Source: Eledone cirrhosa (lineage: Eukaryota). From it: DNA of 64,000 nt. Position 1 is the stretch's first letter. Every line of letters begins with the position of its first letter. The stretch lies in assembly GCA_964016885.1 (NCBI GenBank), contig OZ024759.1:5208001-5272000 (forward strand). The letters are read 5' to 3'. Positions 53,351 through 64,000 of the stretch are shown piece after piece. The position numbers and the translations under genes were made by a program. The notes under the pieces are model-generated. The model was not told where the DNA came from, did not search any database, and saw nothing but the letters and a program-made list of their open reading frames with translations.

Positions 53351-54393
53351 CATTAAATTACCCTAGACACCTCCAACGAGATATACCTTGGAGGAGGCCA
53401 GCTAAACCTGCATATGTGTGAGCTGTAACAACAACAACCTCGCTGGACAGGACACCAGTCCATCACAGTGTTAAACCTCCAGCTATTACTGGTACTCATT
53501 TTCAGCTATATAATACAATATATTTTTCGTTAGGCTGGTGCTTATCTCTGGGAGTACAAGTATCGACTGGGAGTACAAGATTCCCCCTGGACAGGACACC
53601 AGTCCATCACAGGGTTAAACCTCCAGCTATTACTGGTACTCATTTTCAGCTGAGTATACTGGAGCAATGTGAAGTGAAGTGTTTTGCTCAAGAACACAAC
53701 ATGTAACCCAGCTCAGGAATCGAACCCATGACATTATGATTCTAAGTCCAACACCCTTACCACTAGGCAATGCACCAAACTGTGCAACTCCTAAATATTT
53801 TTGTATCTCCTCGTGTTTGTGTTTTTGTAGTTTTTATGTCAAATGAATTCAGAGCATAATCGACATGAGATGATTTCAACTAAAACCTGTTTCCCTATAA
53901 ATATGAAACACCCTAATATATATGTATATATGTTAAAGGTATATTATAAAGAGAAAGGACCTGCTGGCTGAGCTCTTGCTCTTTATAAAATAGCCATGCT
54001 CTACTACCGCGGGCTTTGTGTTGTGTTCTTGAGCAAGACACTTTATTTCACGTTGTTCCAGATCACTCAGCTGTGGAAATGGGTTGCGATGTCACTGGTG
54101 CCAAGCTGTATCGGCCATTGCCTTTCCCTTGGACAATATCAGTGGCATAGAGAGGGGAGGCTGTTATGCATGGGCTACTGCTGGTCTTCTACAAAACAAC
54201 CTTGCCCAGACTTGTGCCTTGGAGGGGAACTTTCTAGACTCAAATTCTATGGTCATTCGTGACCGAAGGATCTCTTTACCTTTTACCCTTACTAACCCAT
54301 GTATCGAATACTCTGTTCAGTAATGGTCTAACTAGTTTTAAACTGGTTCTATCCTGATTTATGTTAAAGGTATAAAGGTATCTATATACTTAT

Positions 54394-54582
54394 GAAAGAC
54401 CTCCACTTCACACATGCTAAGGCTAGGTCCTGACAGCAGAATTATTGTGATTTTGTTGCCCTTAACAGGACTAGAACATTGCACATCAATAACTTTTGTC
54501 TTCTCTAGATTGGAAATCTTCTCACATATTCTGTGTTTTTTGTCTTTTGATACCAACACTATTATTGAGAATTTATTTTGTG
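54394..54582 (-). CDS. Exon (189 bp) encoding the C-terminal half of a galactose-binding/F-type-lectin-like domain
   Basis: tttttctgcag|CA CAA AAT; ...DVQCSSPVKGNKITIILLSGPSLSMCEVEVF matches the C...G..V.I...L.LCEVEVF signature; expected donor reads ATAAGT. Confidence 0.75.
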
Positions 54583-54829
54583 CTGCAGAAAAACATGGTA
54601 AGAAAGTTAAAACAAAAAACAATTAGCAATGGTATTTGGTGGTGGTGGTAGTGGGGATGGTGGTGAGGAGGAGGGAGATTTGGGTAAAGTTTAGTCAAAA
54701 ACTGATTGGCAAACATGGGCTTGGACGAGTGCAAGATTTAGGGCACATGAAGCCCTGTGCTAGTTATGTTATGAGGCCTCTTACTCGTAAAAAATTCATC
54801 ATAAAAAATTGTGCCAAATTTAGAATTAA

Positions 54830-55626
54830 CCCTTTAGCATTTAAACCGGTTGTATTCGGCCAGAATTTTCTCAACTCTTTCTATTCAAACTGGCTGTAAC
54901 TGGACACTCATACTTATATTAAGGTATTGTTCTCAAAATAAATAACATCAAAATCTCATAGATTCGATATTATGTGAGATAATTATGAGGGCGGTGGTTT
55001 GGCAGTATCGGTAGAGGGTCGGACGCCATGCTTTGCCGCATAGAGTTACGGCCCTTTATGATTTTAGTTCAATCCCGCCGAGGTTAACTTTGCCTTTCAT
55101 CCTTATGGGGTTGATAAAATAAAGTACCAGTCACTCACTAGGGTCGATTTAATCGACGTTCGCCTACCCCAAAATTGCTGGCCTTGTGCCTATATAAAAA
55201 ACCATTATGTGAGATATTATGTGAGGTAAAGCCTTTACTGTGTAAATACAATAGTATATATAGAGTAATGTAAATGTTATGTGAGGTATTATGTGAGGTA
55301 AAGCCTTTACTGTGACAATACAATAGTATATATAGAGTAATGTAAATGTTATGTGAGATATTATGTGAGGTAAAGCCTTTACTGTGACGATACAATAGTA
55401 TATATAGAGTAATGTAAATGTTATGTGAGGTATTATGTGAGGTAAAGCCTTTACTGTGACAATACAATAGTATATATAGAGTAATGTAAATGTTATGTGA
55501 GATATTATGTGAGGTAAAGCCTTTACTGTGAAAATACAATAGTATATATAGAGTAATGTAAATGTTATGTGAGATATTATGTGAGGTAAAGCCTTTACTG
55601 TGAACATACAATAGTATATATAGAGT
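54830..55626 (-). mobile_element. One end of a piggyBac-like MITE with SINE B insertion (about 54988-55207) and about six 72-bp internal repeats
   Basis: TTAA|ccctttagcatttaaaccgg, reverse complement of the 52590-52724 end. Confidence 0.85.
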
Positions 55627-55862
55627 GGTTTCTTTATTTGCCACTAGGGCACAAAAGGTAGGGACAGATACAAGGGGGGATGTTTACATATAATTAACGA
55701 GTACAAAAATATAACAATGAAATAACAACAACAAACGAAGTCCTCAATAGGGAGGGGGCATTAACATGGGTCGCACACACCCCGGAAAAATGTGCAACCC
55801 TTCTCCTCAGGAGCACAAAGAGTAGGTGATTCCCTCGTCTCCTCTTTTTCCTCTTCTTTCAC

Positions 55863-58800
55863 CTACAGGCTGATATAGAGAGAAGACCCATTCACTCTGG
55901 TCATTCTCCCTACTTTCACCCACCTTTCATAAAACTTGCTGGGGTAGAGCACCTCTCTCTCCATTCTGATCCTTCTTTTAAAATGGTATTTGAAAAAGGG
56001 GACCAGTTGTTGGCCGGAGAGATAGGTGTCTGACCTCAGCCCTTTCAGCCTCGTCCACCATACAACTTCTTTAGCCATGGCTATCACACAGAGAAAAACC
56101 GCCTCTCCTTCGTTTTTGAAAGGGGGAGGCGGTTTGATTGTGACAATGGACTCGGTGGTCAACCGGATTGGTCCCACCTTCGACAGTAGTCGTTCCACAT
56201 AGCCCCACAGGTCAGCAATGCCTGGGCAGTGTACGAATGCGTGCGCAACCATTTCGTCATCATGCACGCATCTCGGACAGATCTTATTCGAAGGATCCCT
56301 ACCCAAGCTCCCATGCCTGGAGCTTGTCTCGAACGGGTAGAGCCCCTCGGTAGCACTGCCAAGCCAGGGACTTTTGGATGTTGTCCATCGGTCCAGGGCC
56401 AAACGTCCTACCGAACAGACTGGCCAGTTCATCTTCCTCCATGCCTAGAGCTTCTCCGAGAGCATCGTCGCACCTGCTGCGTACCAACCCTCTATAGAAT
56501 GTCGAGGTGGAGTCTCCACTGATTGCCGGGTCCGCTTTCCAGAGGGCCGTGAGCGCCTGGGCACATTCAATGTGCCAGTCGCCCACTTTTCTCGGTCTTT
56601 GCTTGACCCATGATTGCAGCTCGGTGAGCGAGACGAGTCTGGGAAAGGCTCGCCTCACAAACGGGGCCCACACCGGTTGACCGGTGAGGAATACCTGGAG
56701 GTGCCGTAGCCTTAATGCGTGTTTACGCATCTGTAGCCATGGCATCCCCAGCCCTCCTTTCGAAGGGTGTTGACAGCAGATGGATCTCCTCCCCAAAGGG
56801 GTCCGCTTGTTCCAAAGAAATTGGAACAGCGCGCACTCCATTTTGGCGAGTCTTTTCACTGGGCAAGGCACGACGGTCAAGCGGTAGTAGATGACGGATG
56901 CTATATAAGTATTCGCCACCTCCGCTCGACCTTTCAGGGATAGTTTGCACTGGGCCCACACCCTGGCCGTTACCTTGTTCCAGTTTTTCTCCACCTGGAG
57001 GTCTGGTCCGAACGAGACCCCAAGCAGCTTCACCGGGCCCTCTGTCCAGCGTCCGACGACCTCGTTGGAGGGCATCGGTTTGCCTCTCCATGTTCCGAGT
57101 TGCAAACCGACGGACTTGTCCCGGTTCAGCTTGGCTCCTGTAAACCTTTCATATTCCTCCAGTAAGGTGCCAATTTGCGAGGTTTTCGACACCATTACTG
57201 TCACGTCATCGGCGTAGGCCGACGCCGCTTTCTGCAATCCCGGTTCCAAAGTGATGCCCTGCAACCGCTCCAACTTCCGCAGTAGTGGCTCAAGAGCCAG
57301 CACATACAGAAGGGAGGAGAGAGGGCATCCCTGTCCGATGGATCGCATGATTTGGAACGGCTCCGAGAGGTGGCCGTTCACCTTGACCCTTGAGCAGACG
57401 TTGCTGCTGTGCATCGCAGCAATCCAACCCCTGAAAACGGGTCCGAAGTCTGCCGCCGTGAGCACCGCATCCAGGTAACGATGGTCAACCCTATCGAAAG
57501 CTTTAGATTGATCCAAGTTGATCAGGGCCCCACTAAAGCCGGGTTCATTCCCTACCCTCTCTATGATGTATCGCATAAGGTGGAGATTGTCGTGAATGGA
57601 CCTGGACGGGATTGCGCATGTCTGCGCTTCTCCCACCAGGTTTCCGACGACAAGCGCCAACCTCTTCGCTAACACCTTGGCCAAAATCTTTAACTCTGTA
57701 TTTAGCAGAGTTATGGGCCTGAAGTTACTTATGTCATCCCCCTTGTTCTCACCCTCCTCACCAGCGTAACTACGCCCTTGGTCACAGAACTGGGAATTCT
57801 CCCGTTCTGCTGCCAGTTGCAGTAGACCGCTTCGAGGATATCAGAGAACAAGTCCGGCATCGCTACATATAGCTCGTAAGGTAGACCATCGACACCCGGG
57901 GATTTGCGTTTGCCGCTTTGGCTCAGCGCCGCCCCTATCTCAGCAGCTGAAATCGGCCTTTCGCAGGACTTCGCCTCCGCGTCCGAGAGGCGCGGCAGAC
58001 CGTCGAGGTATGGATTGAAATCCATAGTCTCACCCGGCGCGCCGCCCCTCTCGAACAGTCATGCAAAGTGCCACTGAAAGGCCGCACACATCTGCCCAGG
58101 TTCAAGGATCACACGCCCATCCTGGTCCTTCAAAGACCGAATCGTGGACTTGTTACCACTTTTTGCCTCTGTCACTCGGGCCCAGCTAACAGCTTTGGCT
58201 CCCTCATTACCCAAAGCACGTATTTTACTCCTGACAACGCAGCCTTCATGCTTCACCTCAAAGAACTGGTCTAAGGCCATTCTTGATGCCAGCACGCTGG
58301 CTACATTGCCACTCCTAATCGCCTCATCTACTCTATCTACTAATTCCCTTTCCGTCTTGTTCCTATCCCTTGCTAATTCCTGACTAAAACCTATCGATTC
58401 TATTCTAATTGCTCTCTTAAGAGAGATCCACCACCTGTTGTTGACAATTGCCCCTGTCAAACTCTGCTTAACTAACGTGCTAATCCATTTACTGTAAGCT
58501 TTGCTTGTCGGTAAGGACAAGTTCAGCTTCCAGTAACCGGGTCCCTGTCTATGGGTTCTATCAAGGTTGGCTATGCAGGTCACTAACTTGTGATCCGAAT
58601 AGTCAACCATGAACATTTTTGGACAGCTAAATGTGTCCCTATCCTTCTCTCTAACTAGGATCCTATCTAGGTACGACCTAGAGCCGCTGCGATTGGTCCA
58701 CGTCCATAGTGGTACAGTCGGAAAATCTAGTCGATATCTATCGGCCAGGTCAAATCGGCCAATTAACCGTTTGAGGCTTTTACACCCCTCTGTATTGGCA

Positions 58801-59267
58801 CATGCCCCTACATAGTCCCAACGTGCATCCAGGATACCATTCCAGTCCCCCACTAAAAGCAAGGAGCTGGACGTTCCCAGAAAAGTTTCCAGATGTTGGA
58901 AGTATTCCGGCCGTGCTGCCCAAAAAGGGGCGTACGCAGCAATTAGTCTAAGGGCTCCACTTTCACTACTGCCGACTTCTAAAACCACCAGTCGACCCTC
59001 CGGGTCCAGGTGCACCTTCTGTATGGTGAGGCTCAGGTATTTTCGCAGCAGAACGACAACTCCACCCCCACCCCCCGGTTGACAGAGAGATGCGAAGATC
59101 TCAAAGTCGTCGAAGAGGGGCGCCAGTTGGCGCTCGCTGCTGATCCTGGACTCGCAAATAGCCATTACATCCATTCTATGCGACCTGAGATCGTTTAAAA
59201 GTTTGCCTTGTTTCCAAGACAGTCCCAGGCCGCGTACATTCAGACACCCAACTCTTATATCAGCCAT
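55863..59267 (-). pseudogene. Tx1 ORF2 (APE endonuclease, reverse transcriptase, zf-RVT), disrupted
   Basis: CLNVRGL, ICESR, GDWN, SYLDRIL, SDH; KSPGVDGLP; DQSKAFDRVDH, QGCPLS, YADD; CPRC..E..HAFVHC; split into four ORFs. Confidence 0.88.
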
Positions 59268-59272
59268 GTTGG

Positions 59273-61036
59273 TTAAAAGAGGAAGGACCTACCTGTTCGG
59301 CTCCTGAGGAGCAGGTTGCACAATATCCATGGGCGTATTGGAGGGATTGTTTGGTGGGGTGTTGTTTTGTGGTGGGGTGGGGTGGGGGTGTTTGGTGAGG
59401 TGTGGGTGGGGAAACGTTTCAAGAGGACGCGGTTATAGGGTCGAGTACATGTTTTCCCCACGTCCTCAGGAAAGTTCTCTCTTAGTTTTGCATAGGTGTC
59501 CATTGGGAGTCTTATCCTTTTTAAATGCGGTTTGTTGGCCGCGCTTGCAAAGAATTGCCCTTCAGTTTCCACCGAAGGGTCTTTGTGTATTGTTTTTACT
59601 AGTTCTCTGTTATTTGTGTTAATGTATGTATACTGTTTTATTTGTGTTGTGTTTGTTTGTTGTTCTTGTGTGTGCTTGCGTTTTGTTGTATGTGTTATGT
59701 TTTGGGGCGGGGCGGATTTTGTTTGTTCTGTTTGTTTTGTTTTTGTTGGTGGTTGTGTGTTTCTTTCATTTATGTTCGAGTGGTGCTTTCTTTTTTTCCT
59801 TTTTACAGGTTGGAAGGGTCCCCCCCTCTTCGTCACTAGGTGCTATTTCAGCTGGGTCCTCGTCCGTGCTGTCGGGTAGTGGTGTATTTTGGGGTTTTGT
59901 TGTGTTTGTGTGTGTTTTTGGAGTTGTTTTGGGTGGGGCCGTGTCTTGTGTTATTTTTCCGTGTTGTTTTTTGTTGTTGTTGTGGTGGTGGTAGTGGTGG
60001 TGGTGGCGGTGGTAGTGTGTGGGGTGTAGGCAAAAGAGCCTTTTTTTTGTCAATTGAGGGCAGGCAGCCCTTAGATGACCCCTGCTTGAACAGTAGTAAC
60101 ATATGGGCCTCCTACCCTGGGCTGAAATGTATATAAATGTTTCTCCATCGAGGGACACCCTCTGTGGTATTCTAGCTATTCGTTCTGGTCTCATTTGGAC
60201 CAGAACCTCCACGCTCAAACCGCAGAAAACGTCTGTGGTGACTTCTCCTACTGAAAGGATTCCGTCCTCGTCTTCTAAAAATCCTGTTAGTACCCAGGAA
60301 ATGCATTAATTTGGCCGGATTCCGGAGACTCTTATTTTCTGCGTTCTTTTCCCCAAATATGTGGGGAGAAATGTGTGTAGCTTGGAAACAATTGGCGACA
60401 CAGAGTATTTCCTGGCCGTCAATTGATCCTTCATTAGCACCGTTATATTCCCATAGAGTGGCCCTTTTTGTATGAACGATATATCACTCCACACACTTTT
60501 TAGGACCAGCTCAATTTCTTTTGGGATAATTGAGCTGGTTTCCTTGTTATGTTGGAAATTGTTCTGAAAGATATCGTTCTTAGTGTCGTGTCTCTTTTGA
60601 TTTCTTGTGGGGAGGTGATTGTGAAGTCTCCTCCTTCTTTGAAAGTTACATACTGTTTTGCTTCCTTCATCTTTTCTCTCAGAGTTGTAATGTCCAGTTG
60701 CTTGCAGGTCTGTGTTTTCCGGACCGCCTGTGCAAAGGAGGCACCAGTAGTGGGTTCGCTTTGTTTGGTGTTATCGTTATTTTTTCCTTGGTTGGTGTTG
60801 TGACTATTGCTGTTGTTGATCATGCTGTTATTGTCATTGTTGTTTTTGTCTGCGTTTATGTGACTTTCTGGGTTTTCACCCATTTTTACAAATTTTTCTT
60901 TTAATTCCGTGTTCCATGTTTCTTTATCAGAAGTGAGGAGGGAAGACTTAGAGCCTTGTGCTTCTAGCTTCTCTGTATCACCTTTCTTAGGGGGCGTGGC
61001 TTTCTTGTTAGGATGAGATGTGAAAATTCCGTCCAT
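59273..61036 (-). pseudogene. Tx1 ORF1 (gag-like, zinc knuckle), frameshifted
   Basis: SFAQAVRK, CYYCSSRGHLRAAC, low-complexity T/P/K tail; split into four ORFs, ends just upstream of ORF2 ATG. Confidence 0.75.
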
Positions 61037-61246
61037 TTCTATCAGTTTGCCGTAATAAATTTTTAAAAGGAAAATTCGCCCCAAAAAGGGGCGAAAATAA
61101 ATAAACTCAAAGTTTGACGACCAAGGCAAGGGGTTAACGTATATTACAGTATAAAAAAATTAATCAAAACTCACTTTTGAGTAAGTAAATCCAACTCGGT
61201 AGCCGAGCTTGTTCACACACGTCAACACACGTCTCTCGTATACGAG

Positions 61247-61599
61247 ATGTTATGTGAGATATTATGTGAGGTAAAGCCTTTACTGTGAAAATACAATAGT
61301 ATATATAGAGTAATGTAAATGTTATGTGAGATATTATGTGAGGTAAAGCCTTTACTGTGAAAATACAATAGTATATATAGAGTAATGTAAATGTTACGTG
61401 AGATATTATGTGAGGTAAAGCCTTTACTGTGAAAATACAATAGTATATATAGAGTAATGTAAATGTTACGTGAGATATTATGTGAGGTAACGCCTTTACT
61501 GTGAAAATACAATAGTATATATAGAGTAATGTAAATGTTATGTGAGGTATTATGTGAGGTAAAGCCTTTACCACAAAAATACAATAGTATATATAGAGT
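61247..61599. repeat. About five 72-bp MITE-internal repeats separating the two Tx1 copies
   Basis: atgttatgtgagatattatgtgaggtaaagcctttactgtgaaaatacaatagtatatatagagta. Confidence 0.92.
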
Positions 61600-64000
61600 G
61601 GTTTCTTTATTTGCCACTAGGGCACAAAAGGTAGGGACAGATACAAGGGGGGAAGTTTACATACAATTAACGAGTACAAAAATATAACAATGAAATAACA
61701 ACAACAAACGAAGTCCTCAATAGGGAGGGGGCATTAACATGGGTCGCACACACCCCGGAAAAAATGTGTAACCCTTCTCCTCAGGAGCACAAAGAGTAGG
61801 TGCTTCCCTCGTCTCCGCTTTTTCCTCTTCTTTCACCTACAGGCTGATATAGAGAGAAGACCCATTCACTCTGGCCATTCTCCCTACTTTCACCCACCTT
61901 TCATAAAACTTGCTGGGGTAGAGCACCTCTCTCTCCATTCTGATCCTTCTTTTAAAATGGTATTTGAAAAAGGGGACCAGTTGTTGGCCGGAGAGAAAGG
62001 TGTCTGACCTCAGCCCTTTCAGCCTCGTCCACCATACAACTTCTTTAGCCATGGCTACCACACAGAGAAAAACCGCCTCTCCTTCGTTTTTGAAAGGGGG
62101 AGGCGGTTTGATCGTGACAATGGACTCGGTGGTCAACCGGATTGGTCCCACCCTCGACAGTAGTCGTTCCACATAGCCCCACAGGTCAGCAATGCCTGGG
62201 CAGTGTACGAATGCGTGCGCAACGGTTTCGTCATCATGCACGCATCTCGGACAGATCTTATTCAAAGGATCTCTACCCAGGCTCCCATGTCTGTGGAGCT
62301 TGTCTCGAACGGGTAGAGCCCCTCGGTAGCACTGCCAAGCCAGGGACTTTTGGAAGTTGTCCATCGGTCCAGGGCCAAACGTCCTACCGAACAGACTGGC
62401 CAGTTCATCTTCCTCCATGCCTAGAGCTTCTCCGAGAGCATCGTCGCACCTGCTGCGTACCAACCCTCTATAGAATGTCGAGGTGGAGTCTCCACTGATT
62501 GCCGGGTCCGCTTTCCAGAGGGCCGTGAGCGCCTGGGCACATTCAATGTGCCAGTCGCCCACTTTTCTCGGTCTTTGCTTGACCCAGGATTGCAGCTCGG
62601 TGAGCGAGACGAGTCTGGGAAAGGCTCGCCTCACAAACGGGGCCCACACCGGTTGACCGGTGAGGAATACCTGGAGGTGCCGTAGCCTTAATGCGTGTTT
62701 ACGCATCTGTAGCCACGGCATCCCCAGCCCTCCTTTCGAAGGGTGTTGACAGCAGATGGATCTCCTCACCAAAGGGGTCCGCTTGTTCCAAAGAAATTGG
62801 AACAGCGCGCACTCCATTTTGGCGAGTCTTTTCACTGGGCAAGGCACGACGGTCAAGCGGTAGTAGATGACGGATGCTATATAAGTATTCGCCACCTCCG
62901 CTCGACCTTTCAGGGATAGTTTGCACTGGGCCCACTTCTGGGTGAGTGCAAACACCCTGGCCGTTACCTCGTTCCAGTTTTTCTCCACCTGGAGGTCTGG
63001 TCCGAACCAGACCCCAAGCAGCTTCACCGGGCCCTCCGTCCAGCGTCCGACGACGTCGTTGGAGGGCATCGGTTTGCCTCTCCATGTTCCGAGTTGCAAA
63101 CCGACGGACTTGTCCCGGTTCAGCTTGGCTCCTGTAAACCTTTCATATTCCTCCAGTAAGGTGCCGATCTCACCGATTTGCGAGGTTTTCGACACCATTA
63201 CTGTCACGTCATCGGCGTAGGCCGACGCCGCTTTCTGCAATCCCGGTTCCAAAGGGATGCCCTGCAACCGCTCCAACTTCCGCAGTAGTGGCTCAAGAGC
63301 CAGCACATACAGTAGGGAGGAGAGAGGGCATCCCTGTCGGATGGATCGCATGATTTGGAACGGCTCCGAGAGGTGGCCGTTCACCTTGACCCTTGAGCAG
63401 ACGTTGCTGCTGTGCATCGCAGCAATCCAACCCCTGAAAACGGGTCCGAAGCCTGCCGCCGCGAGCACCGCATCCAGGTAACGATGGTCAACCCTATCGA
63501 AAGCTTTAGATTGATCCAAGTTGATCAGGGCCCCACCAAAGCCGGGTTCATTCCCTACCCTCTCTATGATGTATCGCATAAGGTGGAGATTGTCGTGAAT
63601 GGACCTGGACGGGATTGCGCATGTCTGCGCTTCTCCCACCAGGTTTCCAACGACAAGCGCCAACCTCTTCGCTAACACCTTGGCCAAAATCTTTAACTCT
63701 GTATTTAGCAGAGTTATGGGCCTGAAGTTACTTATGTCATCCCCCTTGTTCTCATCCTTCCTCACCAGCGTAACTACGCCCTTGGTCACAGAACTGGGAA
63801 TTCTCCCGTTCTGCTGCCAGTTGCAGTAGACCGCTTCGAGGATATCGGAGAACAAGGCCGGCATCGCTACATATAGCTCGTATGGTAGACCATCGAGACC
63901 CGGGGATTTGCGTTTGCCGCATTGGCTCAGCGCCGCCCCTATCTCAGCAGCTGAAATCGTCCTTTCGCAGGACTTCGCCTCCGCGTCCGAGAGGCGCGGC
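61600..64000 (-). mobile_element. Tx1-clade retrotransposon copy 2, cut by window edge
   Basis: Highly similar to 55627-58000 with identical 3' junction. Confidence 0.92.
61837..64000 (-). CDS. Tx1 ORF2 reverse transcriptase and zinc finger, open over the whole visible part
   Basis: 675-aa ORF; frame stays open upstream to the window edge (PRLSDAEAKSC...KSPGLDGLPYELY). Confidence 0.9.
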   Translation of the reverse strand, partial: PRLSDAEAKSCERTISAAEIGAALSQCGKRKSPGLDGLPYELYVAMPALFSDILEAVYCNWQQNGRIPSSVTKGVVTLVRKDENKGDDISNFRPITLLNTELKILAKVLAKRLALVVGNLVGEAQTCAIPSRSIHDNLHLMRYIIERVGNEPGFGGALINLDQSKAFDRVDHRYLDAVLAAAGFGPVFRGWIAAMHSSNVCSRVKVNGHLSEPFQIMRSIRQGCPLSSLLYVLALEPLLRKLERLQGIPLEPGLQKAASAYADDVTVMVSKTSQIGEIGTLLEEYERFTGAKLNRDKSVGLQLGTWRGKPMPSNDVVGRWTEGPVKLLGVWFGPDLQVEKNWNEVTARVFALTQKWAQCKLSLKGRAEVANTYIASVIYYRLTVVPCPVKRLAKMECALFQFLWNKRTPLVRRSICCQHPSKGGLGMPWLQMRKHALRLRHLQVFLTGQPVWAPFVRRAFPRLVSLTELQSWVKQRPRKVGDWHIECAQALTALWKADPAISGDSTSTFYRGLVRSRCDDALGEALGMEEDELASLFGRTFGPGPMDNFQKSLAWQCYRGALPVRDKLHRHGSLGRDPLNKICPRCVHDDETVAHAFVHCPGIADLWGYVERLLSRVGPIRLTTESIVTIKPPPPFKNEGEAVFLCVVAMAKEVVWWTRLKGLRSDTFLSGQQLVPFFKYHFKRRIRMEREVLYPSKFYERWVKVGRMARVNGSSLYISL

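Larger units (their letters stand above)
55627..61246 (-). mobile_element. Apparently full-length, degenerate Tx1-clade (L1 group) non-LTR retrotransposon, copy 1
   Basis: ORF1 with CCHC knuckle; ORF2 with APE, RT and C-terminal zinc finger; 3' end gcaaataaagaaacc; both flanks are the 72-bp repeat. Confidence 0.9.

Noticed and set aside
54388-54393. U12-type AT-AC intron
   Set aside because: Donor lacks ATATCC and the downstream acceptor is AG.
2118-54582. Assigning the symbol MEGF10 or MEGF11
   Set aside because: Only family-level similarity; no EMI domain visible and a lectin-like exon precedes the EGFs, so orthology is unsupported.

Overview
AT-rich, repeat-dense eukaryotic DNA. The SINE/MITE repertoire resembles octopus or another coleoid cephalopod (inference). 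The window lies inside one large minus-strand gene. It has a galactose-binding/F-type-lectin-like exon (54394-54582) followed by a tandem array of phase-1/phase-1 EGF-like exons of the MEGF10/11-SREC-CED-1 type: one 135-bp exon, eleven full-length 138-bp exons, at least five damaged copies and several half-exon remnants. Both gene ends appear to lie outside the window. The introns hold large minisatellites, most traceable to a local template (the EGF exon itself, a SINE core, an RTE LINE fragment, MITE termini or interiors), plus SINEs, hAT, piggyBac-like and pogo-like MITEs, LINE fragments and Penelope-like hairpins. Top observation: two Tx1-clade non-LTR retrotransposons sit head-to-tail, with their 3' ends at the same nucleotide of a 72-bp internal repeat of a TTAA-flanked piggyBac-like MITE, resembling the Xenopus Tx1L/Tx1D arrangement. 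Most long ORFs in the supplied track are read-throughs of satellites, not genes. Coordinates were counted by eye; exon boundaries should be close to exact, repeat boundaries are approximate.
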